Source: Candidatus Fermentibacterota bacterium (GTDB lineage Bacteria; JAFGKV01). Taken from it: a stretch of 64,000 nucleotides of DNA. The position numbers and the translations under genes were made by a program. The notes beneath the pieces were generated by a model. The model was not told the DNA's origin, made no database searches, and saw only the letters and a list, made by a program, of their open reading frames with translations. Below are positions 27,816 to 37,127 of the stretch, one piece after another (position 1 is the stretch's first letter; every line of letters begins with the position of its first letter). The DNA is taken from NCBI GenBank assembly GCA_016928395.1, contig JAFGKV010000238.1:11708-75707 (forward strand), read 5' to 3'.

Positions 27816-30800
27816 CTACTCCTGCACTACGTAATCCTGCTCACCTACGGTCGGCGAGGCGACTGATTCGTTGGCCGCCGCATCCACTGCGGTGACTGCA
27901 TAGAAGTAGTTCAGATTCGGATCTCCGATGCCTTCCGTCACGGGAAAGGTCGTGCCGGATGTCGTCGCCAGCGGCGTGAGCCCGACGACGTCGAAGTAGG
28001 CAGTTGCGCTGCGGTAGATACGATATCCGGTTACGCCCACATTGTCGGTGGCGGGTGCCCATGAAAGGGTGCCCGCGGCATCTAGGCCGGTCCACGCAGG
28101 GGCGGTGGGCGCCTGGAGGTCTCCGCTGCCACCCCTCAGCCATGCCAGCGACTGTGCAATGACGCCACCGATAGTATTGTCGCCCGCACCCGTCGTGCTG
28201 AACGCCTCTAAGGCCGTGGCGAAGAAGATGACGCGGTAGGTAGCATCCCCGGTTGCCGGGTACCGAATCACCGTAGACTTCCCATTGTTGGCCATGCGAA
28301 ACACCGTTGCCGCGGACGGGTCGGGGCCTACCGTGTCGGGGTAATCTGAGAGGTCGCTAGGGCAGGTGATTGTGACCTGGAGCCCATCGCTGATGGGATC
28401 TCCCGGCACACCCTGTACGCTGGTTAAACCGCTTACATTCGTCTGGAATGATGCCACATGAAGATGCTGGGAGGTGAATGAGTCTCCCGCATACGACGAG
28501 AGGTAGTTCTCGGCAGAGAACAGCAGCGCGCCTCCATTGTCCAGATAGGCAGCCAGGTCGGTGCGGTCTTGCCCATTGCAGGAGCTTTGGTTCTGATCAC
28601 CAGCAGCCCAGAGGACGACCTGATACTGCATGAGATTGAGGAGCCCCGGCGATCCTGCCGAGTACCATAGCCATTGATCGTACGTCTCACCAAGTCCATT
28701 CAGCGCCTGCACGATGCGTCCCTCGTGGGCTTCATCGTCGGTGTCGACGAAGAGGAGAGGCTTCTGGCCCACGCACACGGTGAGCGACGCGGTCGCTACA
28801 TAGTCTCCCGCTGCGGACAGATCCAACGTGAATGTTACCAGGTGCGCCAGTGGTGTTGACGGGGAGAGCTCAACCTCGAAGGGGACCGTGGGGCCAGCGG
28901 CCGACGAGGGCGCGAGGTCGGGGTACCCTGCGTTGGGGTTCATGATGGTGGTGAACCCGTCAGCCTCGGACAGAGTGGCACTGACATTCCAGGCAGTGCC
29001 ATTACCATTGTTCTTGACGGACGGGATGATCTGTACGGTCTCACCGGCATCCGGCTTGCCATTGCCGTTACCGGAGACCTCGACCACGGAGAATCCGTCG
29101 AGGTCAAGTACCGGTGCATTCACCAAGAACGAGCGATACGAATCCCATGCGTTCGCCCCGGACGTAGCATGGATCAGAACGGAAACACCCTGGCGATCAG
29201 GGCAGTTGCCTCCCACGGAGAAGACATAGTCGCCCGGCGACCAGACTTCCGCGCCTGCTGCCATGTCACCGAAGCTCTGTGTGCTCTGCGTGAACTGGAC
29301 ATAGGGCGACGCGGTACTGGCGACGGCGGCTACCCCGGGCGCAGGATCGACTCCCACGTTCTTGAGCTGCACACCAAACTCGATGGTCTCACCGAGTTCT
29401 ATCACACCATCACCGTTGCCAAAACTGGCGCCAGCCATGTCATCATCCACGGAATGCGCGATGGCGACCACATACGGGCCCGAGGGCGAGATGACTTCGA
29501 CGGTGCCGTGGTGTTCCAGGTAGTCGTGGGCACTTACGTAGAGGTCCATCGGTCCTGGAGTCTGAGGTGGCGTGTCGAACTCGACAATGGCGGTTCCCGA
29601 GCCGTCGGTGATGGCACTGCCGAGAAGCACGCCATCGCGGGAGAAGGCGACGCGGGCTCCCGCAACACCGGGCACCGAGACCGTGAAGGTCGCCTCCCCG
29701 ATTACGTAGGCTGCCGCATGATTGACGACCATGGTGGTAGGCTGCGCGGTCCAAATATCGAGGAGCGGATCGCCTAACACGTTCAGTTCGTAGTAGCACC
29801 AGCGATTCTGCTCGAACCCAATGTAAGGAATATTGTCTTCCTTTGAATCCTGGTTGGCCTCGGCGATGTTGGTGATGCCTTCACCGAACAGCGCATCGAA
29901 GAACTGCCGGTCATAGTACTGGCTGGAACCATTGGTGCTGCTGTGGGCGCCCCACCCGTAGCGGGAGCAGGAGATGTTGGCCACCGCACCGTGGGCGAGC
30001 TCGAACGCGATACGCTCATTGATGCAGTCGGATGTGTAGCCGCCCGAGGTGGTCCGGTTGTCGAACGAGCCGCAGTAGCAGCCCTGACTGTAGGTGATGT
30101 AGAACGAGTGGTTCACGCCATTGTTCGTGAAGTTCGCGTCGGTCAGGTCGGAGTTGTAGAGCCTCATGTAGTACGTGACATCGGCGTGACCGAGATGGTT
30201 CACGAGGTGGACACCGTTGTTGAGCAGCGGCCTGAGCTGGCTCATGGCATTCCACGTACCGAGGTCACGGTCATACAAGGTCGCCACGTCGAAATTCGGG
30301 GGGAACCCGACCGTGGTATACCCATGGGTCGAGGCGCCGAACTTGATCTCGTCCTTGTAGTCGCCGCCGTAGGTCGGGTCGCTCCACAGGAGTTCGCCGA
30401 CCATGAGTGCTTCGGTGCATTCGGAAACGATGGGGTTGGTTTGATAGGCAACCGTCTTGTTGTAGAAGTTGGTGAACTCGGTGGCATTGTCCCCGCACAC
30501 ACGCGCCACGTAGACTTCGGCCACCAGGTCTGATTCGAGGCTGTTCTCGCCCCAGAGCCCGTCGCCATCGGTGTTCCAGTTCCCGTCAAGCCCGGCGAAG
30601 TAGAGGTCGGCGGCAATGTCGTCGTCCTCGTAGCCCCATCCCGGATCGTTGTAGAGACCTCGGTGCGGAACGTTCTCGTTATCGCCGCCCAACATCACAT
30701 ACTGGATGCCGTTGTTCGTGTAGTAATCGATGATGCAGTTGCGGATCTTATCGGGGTTGTCCACACCGGTGTAGGCCGCATAGATGGACTCCACCGTCTC

Positions 30801-31547
30801 CACGGCGATGCGCCAGCCGCGGACGGTCTTGTAGTTGACATAGGAATTCAGGTTGGCCTGTTGGGCATTGTTCGTTACGATCAAGAGGTCGTAGGGTACG
30901 TCGCGGAGGGAACGCGCAGCCGGATAGGTCATCATCGCGGTAGGGTTGATCACCGCTCGCTCCACCCTGGCTCTGTCACGCTCCGTCCCGCGGTACATCG
31001 CGGCGAGCGCGTCGGCGGCTCTTGGGGTTGCCTCGGTGATGACCTGCACGGTCAGCCGTGGATAATACTGGAGTTCTCCCGTGGCCGGAGTATAGCTCAC
31101 GGGATGCAGGGTGAACACGCCAAGGCTGCATCCCATTTTGAATTCAGTTGAGGAGTTGGCCACCCGGTACGAGGGGAATGCGTCGCGGCTTCCGAGAAGG
31201 TCCGGTACCAGGGGCGTCGTTTCCCACGGGCCTTGATAGGAGAATGGATACTGCCGTTGAACGACCTCCACGGTATAGGCGGCGGGCAGGGAGATGGGCT
31301 CGGCTGATTCCACGTGCACGGACACGATCTCATGACCTGGCGGAAGCAGCGCCGTAATTCCCTGCACCGGAAGCCGGGGTTCGCCCGTCTGACCGATGCT
31401 CAGGCATCCTTGAATCTCAACGCGGTAGGCATCGCCGATCGGGGTGACCGTCGGTTCCTCGTAGTCAAACGAGAAGGTGAGCATGTCGGCATGGGAGATC
31501 GCCACCGAGGCGATGACCATGACAGCTGCGACCGTGAATCTGAACAT
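27816..31547 (-). CDS. C25 cysteine peptidase with propeptide, Ig-like domains and C-terminal Fn3-like domain
   Basis: Signal peptide; GEPRLP propeptide; YVMLGGD; catalytic NHLGH and SQGC; LNVLGDP; GNGDG..GE repeats; GGAGG RBS. Confidence 0.92.
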   Translation of the reverse strand: MFRFTVAAVMVIASVAISHADMLTFSFDYEEPTVTPIGDAYRVEIQGCLSIGQTGEPRLPVQGITALLPPGHEIVSVHVESAEPISLPAAYTVEVVQRQYPFSYQGPWETTPLVPDLLGSRDAFPSYRVANSSTEFKMGCSLGVFTLHPVSYTPATGELQYYPRLTVQVITEATPRAADALAAMYRGTERDRARVERAVINPTAMMTYPAARSLRDVPYDLLIVTNNAQQANLNSYVNYKTVRGWRIAVETVESIYAAYTGVDNPDKIRNCIIDYYTNNGIQYVMLGGDNENVPHRGLYNDPGWGYEDDDIAADLYFAGLDGNWNTDGDGLWGENSLESDLVAEVYVARVCGDNATEFTNFYNKTVAYQTNPIVSECTEALMVGELLWSDPTYGGDYKDEIKFGASTHGYTTVGFPPNFDVATLYDRDLGTWNAMSQLRPLLNNGVHLVNHLGHADVTYYMRLYNSDLTDANFTNNGVNHSFYITYSQGCYCGSFDNRTTSGGYTSDCINERIAFELAHGAVANISCSRYGWGAHSSTNGSSQYYDRQFFDALFGEGITNIAEANQDSKEDNIPYIGFEQNRWCYYELNVLGDPLLDIWTAQPTTMVVNHAAAYVIGEATFTVSVPGVAGARVAFSRDGVLLGSAITDGSGTAIVEFDTPPQTPGPMDLYVSAHDYLEHHGTVEVISPSGPYVVAIAHSVDDDMAGASFGNGDGVIELGETIEFGVQLKNVGVDPAPGVAAVASTASPYVQFTQSTQSFGDMAAGAEVWSPGDYVFSVGGNCPDRQGVSVLIHATSGANAWDSYRSFLVNAPVLDLDGFSVVEVSGNGNGKPDAGETVQIIPSVKNNGNGTAWNVSATLSEADGFTTIMNPNAGYPDLAPSSAAGPTVPFEVELSPSTPLAHLVTFTLDLSAAGDYVATASLTVCVGQKPLLFVDTDDEAHEGRIVQALNGLGETYDQWLWYSAGSPGLLNLMQYQVVLWAAGDQNQSSCNGQDRTDLAAYLDNGGALLFSAENYLSSYAGDSFTSQHLHVASFQTNVSGLTSVQGVPGDPISDGLQVTITCPSDLSDYPDTVGPDPSAATVFRMANNGKSTVIRYPATGDATYRVIFFATALEAFSTTGAGDNTIGGVIAQSLAWLRGGSGDLQAPTAPAWTGLDAAGTLSWAPATDNVGVTGYRIYRSATAYFDVVGLTPLATTSGTTFPVTEGIGDPNLNYFYAVTAVDAAANESVASPTVGEQDYVVQE

Positions 31548-31559
31548 TGGCTTTCCTCC

Positions 31560-33902
31560 CTATTCGGGTTGTGGAAGGGTGGCAGCGGGGGAACCGGAGG
31601 GAACGACCAGTTGATAGTCGTGTTCGCCCACCGTGGGCGAGGGCGCTGATTCGTTGATCGCAGCGTCGATGGCGGTGACACGGAATGAGTAGTTCGCCAA
31701 GGGATCACCGAGCGAGCCCGACACGTCGAATGAGGTCGACGGCGTGGTCGCCATGAGCAGAGACGGAGTGGGAGCGAAGTATGCTGCCGAGGATCGGTAG
31801 ACCCGATAGCCGGTTACACCCACATTGTCGGTGGCCGGCGACCAGGTGAGAAGGCCCGTCGTGCCCAGCGCGATGGAGGCCGGTGCGGACGGCGGTTCGG
31901 AATCGCCACCGCCGATGGTGATGGCACCCATGAAGGCTACTCCATTGTAGGCGGTGACCGTGACATTCAAGGCCCCGGCCGTGGCGGAGGGAATGGGAAG
32001 AGTCGCGTGGCCGACTCCGTCGGTGTACGCGACTGCATGCACCTCGCCGGCTTTGTACAAGCAGACAAGGGCGTCGGGGCATGGAGAGCCGCCCCTGGTC
32101 ACGGTACACGGCACCGACTGAGGCGTCCCAGCGGGGATTTCCGCGGGGAAGCTCGCCGCCAGCGGGGAGGGCGCCAATGTGTACATGAGTAGCGAAGGAT
32201 CACCGAGGATGTTGTACTGCTCGAAGTAACCCTTGGTGGCGTTGTTCGTCCCATACCCCTGCTTGTAGCGGAGTTTGCCCTCGAGAATGAACCCGCCAGT
32301 CCAGTTGTAGCCATCGTCAAACAGGGCATCCCACATGCGGCGCTGCAGATAGTCATCGTTCGGCCAGAAGGAGCTTACCGACGAGCCATATGCCACGACT
32401 GCGCCCTTACCCGGCCTTCGGATCCATCGTTCCATGTAGCAATCCTGGTCGCTGGTCCAGGCAAAGTTGCCGGTGAGGCAGGCGAAGCTCAGCACGATGG
32501 GGTACCTATCGAGGTTGTTGAGCTGGTCCACGTTCCAGCGGCTGAACGTCGGCCCTTGCCATCCCGTTTCCACGCCATGGCCTGAGTAGGTCACCATGGC
32601 GCGCCCGGTAGCTACTGCTGTAGCGATAGGTGTTCCTGTACCGTAGAACCCCCACAGCGAGTCACAGACCACGCCGTGGGCGCGGGCCTTGGCCATGCAG
32701 TAGGCGTGGGTGCCTTCGGTGACTCCGTGATAGTTCCAGTCATCGGAAGAGATGAAGTACTCCCGGCCAGTCCACAGGGAGTCGACGGCCCACGCTGTCT
32801 GCTCGTAGTCAACGGTCTTCTCGACCAGCCCCTGGATGTCGGCGATCGTCCTGAGTGAGAATCGGCCAAGGTAGAGATCCGGCACCCAGTCTGTTCCATC
32901 CACGCAGCTGTAGTTGAGATCGGTAGGGGGGTTCTGGTTGCCGGTGCCGTTCCATGCGGGAATCGTGTTGGAATCGCCGACCAGGAGCACGAACTCCGGG
33001 GGCGGATCCCATGTCCCATATGCGTTCTGAATGTAGTTCTTGATGGTGGTGGCAGTGGCGCCGCCCGGGATTTCGCTCAACCTGGTCAGCGTGGTGGGGT
33101 AGCCCTTGCGGGTCTTCCATTCGGCCAGAGGAACTACGGCATCATAGAGGGAGTCCACGACGATCGCAAGGTACCCTGCCGGGAGGGCAACCGTCTCCCG
33201 CGGGGGGGGATTCAGCAGAAGGCCGGCCGCGTGCTGCGCGAAGACGCTGTGCTGCAAGCGGTCTTCAGGCTGTTCCAAGGAAGCATCGAAGGAGATCCGG
33301 ACAACCGCCGACTCAATGGTTTCCAGGGTTGCATTGGTGGGATCGTAGCACACCGGGGAAAGCTCGATCATGGCCAATTGCATGCCTCGCATGCGTCCTA
33401 GCTGAGCAATCCGCGCGGTCCCCGGAGGCGCGGTCGGGGTGGCGTACGAGGCTTCGTCGAGAACCCACCCGTCATCCGGGGATGCTCCCGGAATCTTCGG
33501 CACCGGCCGCATCACCGGGGCCAGACGTTCGGCGCCCCATGCCCGCAGGTCGTGAGATCGACGCCCAGAAAACTCCACCGCGACCGTCACCGATCCGTCG
33601 GCGGGGATTCGAATGAACGCCCGGGCGACCGGAACCTCGGGCCCGCCCCATGTCTCGGGCTTCCCCATGTCCTCCATGACAAGGTGCGCATATCGTATGC
33701 CTTCTCTCGCGACAACCTGAGCTTTCAATGCGGGGGAGTCCCACCGAAATTCGAGATCCGTCACGCCGGAGCGGAGAAGATGCCACCCCGGCATTGTCGT
33801 CCCTTCTCGCACCAGGTAGACCTGAGCCGGCGCCACGGCCACGGTCGATGCAACGAAGAGCAGGCACAGGAACACCACCACTGAGAATGAACAACGTAGC
33901 AC
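31560..33902 (-). CDS. C25 cysteine peptidase with propeptide and C-terminal Fn3-like domain
   Basis: Signal peptide; WKTRKG, FVLLVGD, LGRFS; catalytic TYSGHG and SFAC; YNILGDP; GGAGGA RBS. Confidence 0.93.
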   Translation of the reverse strand: MLRCSFSVVVFLCLLFVASTVAVAPAQVYLVREGTTMPGWHLLRSGVTDLEFRWDSPALKAQVVAREGIRYAHLVMEDMGKPETWGGPEVPVARAFIRIPADGSVTVAVEFSGRRSHDLRAWGAERLAPVMRPVPKIPGASPDDGWVLDEASYATPTAPPGTARIAQLGRMRGMQLAMIELSPVCYDPTNATLETIESAVVRISFDASLEQPEDRLQHSVFAQHAAGLLLNPPPRETVALPAGYLAIVVDSLYDAVVPLAEWKTRKGYPTTLTRLSEIPGGATATTIKNYIQNAYGTWDPPPEFVLLVGDSNTIPAWNGTGNQNPPTDLNYSCVDGTDWVPDLYLGRFSLRTIADIQGLVEKTVDYEQTAWAVDSLWTGREYFISSDDWNYHGVTEGTHAYCMAKARAHGVVCDSLWGFYGTGTPIATAVATGRAMVTYSGHGVETGWQGPTFSRWNVDQLNNLDRYPIVLSFACLTGNFAWTSDQDCYMERWIRRPGKGAVVAYGSSVSSFWPNDDYLQRRMWDALFDDGYNWTGGFILEGKLRYKQGYGTNNATKGYFEQYNILGDPSLLMYTLAPSPLAASFPAEIPAGTPQSVPCTVTRGGSPCPDALVCLYKAGEVHAVAYTDGVGHATLPIPSATAGALNVTVTAYNGVAFMGAITIGGGDSEPPSAPASIALGTTGLLTWSPATDNVGVTGYRVYRSSAAYFAPTPSLLMATTPSTSFDVSGSLGDPLANYSFRVTAIDAAINESAPSPTVGEHDYQLVVPSGSPAATLPQPE

Positions 33903-34030
33903 GAAGGGGATCCTCCGATGGGGCTGCCTAGGTTCGCCCAGACAGGATGAAAGGGACTCCCGGGGTGCCGTCGGTGAGGCGGCAAAGGCGAGGTCCGGCG
34001 TTGCCGAGAGGTGGACCGGGAAACAGAAGA

Positions 34031-34059
34031 AACGTATCTTGGCCCTCGTAGGCTGTCAA
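34031..34059 (-). promoter_or_regulatory. Sigma70-type promoter for the C25/pgs unit
   Basis: Minus strand TTGACA-N17-TACGTT, about 130 nt upstream of start 33902. Confidence 0.6.
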
Positions 34060-34321
34060 GCACCCAGAGAATGATGCACAGGAGAGGCGAGACCCCGTTC
34101 GCACGAGGGTTGGATGCTACTCCTGAGTGGCTTCGCTACTGGGGGTAATGGGATCTGGCAGTAGCCCATGTCCAGCGAGCATGTTCTACTTGTGGTGAGG
34201 AAGAGACCACACGGTCGCAGGATCGTCAAGTCGTTGAGGATTCTGATGGGATAGAGATGGAGAGGGTATTCCGTGGAGCGATTGTCCAGAGAAGGGTCTG
34301 AGAGGCGGGCTTGCACGACAC

Positions 34322-35857
34322 ATGAGAACTAGAAGGATGCTCCGGAGTCGTATCCTCTACGCATTGATGACATTGGCCGTCGTGATAGTCGTTGTCGTGC
34401 TTTTCAGGGTGCGTCCAAGGGAAACCTCATGGCCTCCCGAACCCGAGGAGGAGGCAATACCGACTCCCCCGCTTCAGCCGCTCTCTCAGCTTCCTCATGT
34501 CTCCGTATGGTTTAACTCCGGGCGTTCCGCGGTCTACCGAGAGCCCTACAGGGGTACGTGGCGATTGGGGGACAACCTGGAGGAGTTGATCATCGAGGCC
34601 ATCGAAGACGCGCAGGTTTCTGTCAATGTCGCGGTGCAGGAGCTGAACCTCCCCGGAGTTGCCCAGGCGCTGTGCCGAAAGCACCGGGACGGAGTCCGGG
34701 TTCGAATCATTCTTGAGAACGCTTACAATCGTGTGTTCAGCATGATGAGCCCGCCGGAGGTTCGGCGCTTGTCAAGCCATGCTCGCGCCAAGTACGACGA
34801 GTTTCTCCGCCTCGCCGACCTGGATGGCGACGGGCACATATCCTTGGAAGAGGCCGTGGAGCGCGATGCGATCACTATCCTGCGAGCATGTGGGGTTCCC
34901 ATTGTCGATGACACCGAGGATGGTAGCAAGGGAAGCGGCATCATGCACCACAAGTTCATGGTCCTCGACGGCGCCACGGTGGTGTTCGGCTCCGCCAACT
35001 TCACCATGAGCGGCGTGCACGGAGATTTCGCCAACCCGGCGACCAGGGGCAATGCGAATCATCTGCTGCGGTTCGAAAGCCCTGATCTCGCTGCGCATTT
35101 CGAGGACGAGTTTGCTGTCATGTGGGGAGATGGCCCCGGCGGTGAGAAAGACAGCAGGTTTGGAAAGCAGAAACCGCATCGGGGCGAGCGAATGGTGGTG
35201 ATCGATGGATGTCCCGTCATGGTGAAGTTCTCCCCGACACCGGGCATTCTCCCGTACGAGCAGACGACAAATGCCTTGATCGCCAGCATCGTGCGCAAGG
35301 CATCTCGTTCCGTGGATATGGCGCTGTTCGTATTCAGTGCCCAGGAAATCGTCGACGCGCTGGCTGAGGCATGCGTGCGGCATCCCGCCCTCACGGTTCG
35401 AGGGGTGTTTGATGCAAGTTTTGCGTCGCGCTACTACAGCGAGACTCTGGACATGTGGCGGATGGCGTTGCAGGAGAAGGACAGGTACGAGACGAGTTCG
35501 GAGACCGGGATGCCCAACCGGCCATGGGATTTCGACCGGGGTAACATTGGTATCGCCATTCTCCCTGAAGGAGACAAGCTCCACCACAAATTTGCTGTAG
35601 TCGATTCAGAGTTGGTGATTACCGGGAGCCATAACTGGAGCGCCGCCGCAAACACCAACAATGACGAAGCCATCGTAGTGTTCCACAGTGAGGCTGTCGC
35701 GGCTCACTTCCTCCGGGAGATGGATCGACTCACCGCCTCCATGCATGTGGGGCCGACCCGCAGGCTCGTAGAGCGCGTCGGCGAGCGCGGAGGTTATCTC
35801 CCTCCACACCACGATTCGCACGAGCCGAAAGGGCGGCCTTGGCCCGCCGAAGACTAA
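34322..35857 (+). CDS. Membrane-anchored phospholipase D-superfamily protein (two HKD motifs), resembling cyanobacterial ComA
   Basis: N-terminal TM; MHHKFMVLD..GSANFT and LHHKFAVVD..GSHNWS; DLDGDGHIS loop; DDTEDGSKGSG. Confidence 0.85.
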   Translation: MRTRRMLRSRILYALMTLAVVIVVVVLFRVRPRETSWPPEPEEEAIPTPPLQPLSQLPHVSVWFNSGRSAVYREPYRGTWRLGDNLEELIIEAIEDAQVSVNVAVQELNLPGVAQALCRKHRDGVRVRIILENAYNRVFSMMSPPEVRRLSSHARAKYDEFLRLADLDGDGHISLEEAVERDAITILRACGVPIVDDTEDGSKGSGIMHHKFMVLDGATVVFGSANFTMSGVHGDFANPATRGNANHLLRFESPDLAAHFEDEFAVMWGDGPGGEKDSRFGKQKPHRGERMVVIDGCPVMVKFSPTPGILPYEQTTNALIASIVRKASRSVDMALFVFSAQEIVDALAEACVRHPALTVRGVFDASFASRYYSETLDMWRMALQEKDRYETSSETGMPNRPWDFDRGNIGIAILPEGDKLHHKFAVVDSELVITGSHNWSAAANTNNDEAIVVFHSEAVAAHFLREMDRLTASMHVGPTRRLVERVGERGGYLPPHHDSHEPKGRPWPAED

Positions 35858-36142
35858 CTACCCATCACGACGATGGCCTCTGGAAGCGCGTTTTGAAGAA
35901 GCAGGATATAGACAACGCGCTGTGGCGAAGGCGCCGGCCACGTTGCCCGCCTTCGGGCGGATCGTGGTGCGGATATAGCTGACAGGCTACCGTCATTTCT
36001 GCAGCGGGAGCATCTGTGAACCTTCAATGGCACGCCCGGCAGGAGCAGAAGACAACGCGTGCACGATGCCAGTCCACCAAACTCCATAGGGCGCACTCCA
36101 CACGCGAATCTGCGGTTCTCGTGAAGATAGACGACTTCTTTG

Positions 36143-36193
36143 TTGACATTATTTTCGGGGCAGCGTAAATTGGTAGGAGTTCCGAAAAATAAT
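36143..36193 (+). promoter_or_regulatory. Promoter with overlapping inverted repeat (probable DtxR/MntR operator)
   Basis: TTGACA(36143)-N17-TAAATT(36166); ATTATTTTCGG (36148-36158) nearly complementary to CCGAAAAATAAT (36182-36193). Confidence 0.7.
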
Positions 36194-36217
36194 ACGCCCG
36201 CAATCCGAGGGTTTCTC

Positions 36218-36763
36218 GTGGAAGCAGTGAGTCTGAGCGCCAGCCTGGAGGACTATTTGGAAGCCATCTACCAGATAGTGGAAGCCCAGAGGGTGGCCAG
36301 GCCTCGTGATATTACTCGACGACTCCGTGTGGGGAGTTCATCGGTGACCGGAGCGCTTCATGCGCTGGCAGAGAGGGGCATGATCGACTACGCTCCCCAC
36401 GATTTGGTGACTCTCACGCCGCAGGGTGAGCAGGTGGCGAAGGACATTGTGCGGAGGCATGAGTCATTGCGGGAATTCCTCGTGAAGGTCCTGGGCGTCG
36501 AGCCCGGCATCGCCGATGAGAGCGCTTGCAAGATGGAACATGCGCTTTCTCGCTCGGTGTCTGATCGTTTCACGGAGTTCGTGCGATTCGTGGAACGTTG
36601 CCCTTGGTGGGGCGACGGATGGATTGAACGATTCCGGCGTTGTACGCTCGATATGCCTTCAGCCGTTCAATGCACGGCATGTATCGAATCATGTCTCCGT
36701 GGGATGCAAGCTCACGGAAATGGTAAAGGTGGTTCCGAGATCAGCACTCGTCCTCATGAATGA
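36218..36763 (+). CDS. DtxR/MntR family metal-dependent transcriptional regulator
   Basis: SLEDYLEAIY, HTH SVTGAL, RRHE..FL, ACKMEH; Cys-rich tail. Confidence 0.93.
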   Translation: MEAVSLSASLEDYLEAIYQIVEAQRVARPRDITRRLRVGSSSVTGALHALAERGMIDYAPHDLVTLTPQGEQVAKDIVRRHESLREFLVKVLGVEPGIADESACKMEHALSRSVSDRFTEFVRFVERCPWWGDGWIERFRRCTLDMPSAVQCTACIESCLRGMQAHGNGKGGSEISTRPHE

Positions 36764-36847
36764 CGCATGGTGTATGATGGTGATCGGCCGTGATCGCCAT
36801 CGGCGCCATCCGCTGAGGGAAAGAGGCGACCGATACTGTAGAGAGGA

Positions 36848-37075
36848 ATGCGTGGAACTATGTCACTGGGGATGGCGAAGTCGGGTCAAACCGTCCGGGT
36901 AGTGCGAATCAGCGCCGGCCGTGGCCTTCAATCGCGCCTGTCGGCATTAGGCATCATGCCTGGCGTTGAGCTTACTGTGGTGGCGGGGAGTCGGCGGGGG
37001 CCAATTGTTGTGGCCGTGAAGGACAGCCGTGTTGTCCTCGGCCGGGGAATGGCCCAGCGGATCGACGTGGTGTGA
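36848..37075 (+). CDS. feoA: Ferrous iron transport protein A
   Basis: RLSALGIMPG, GP...V...R..LGRGMA. Confidence 0.92.
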   Translation: MRGTMSLGMAKSGQTVRVVRISAGRGLQSRLSALGIMPGVELTVVAGSRRGPIVVAVKDSRVVLGRGMAQRIDVV

Positions 37076-37127
37076 AGCCCCCAGCCGGGCTGGCTCTTCA
37101 CGCGGGCCGGGAAACGGTATGCCTCGT

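Noticed and set aside
33903-34030. GC-rich leader of the C25 unit considered as a riboswitch
   Set aside because: No conserved riboswitch core could be matched by eye; a covariance-model search would be needed
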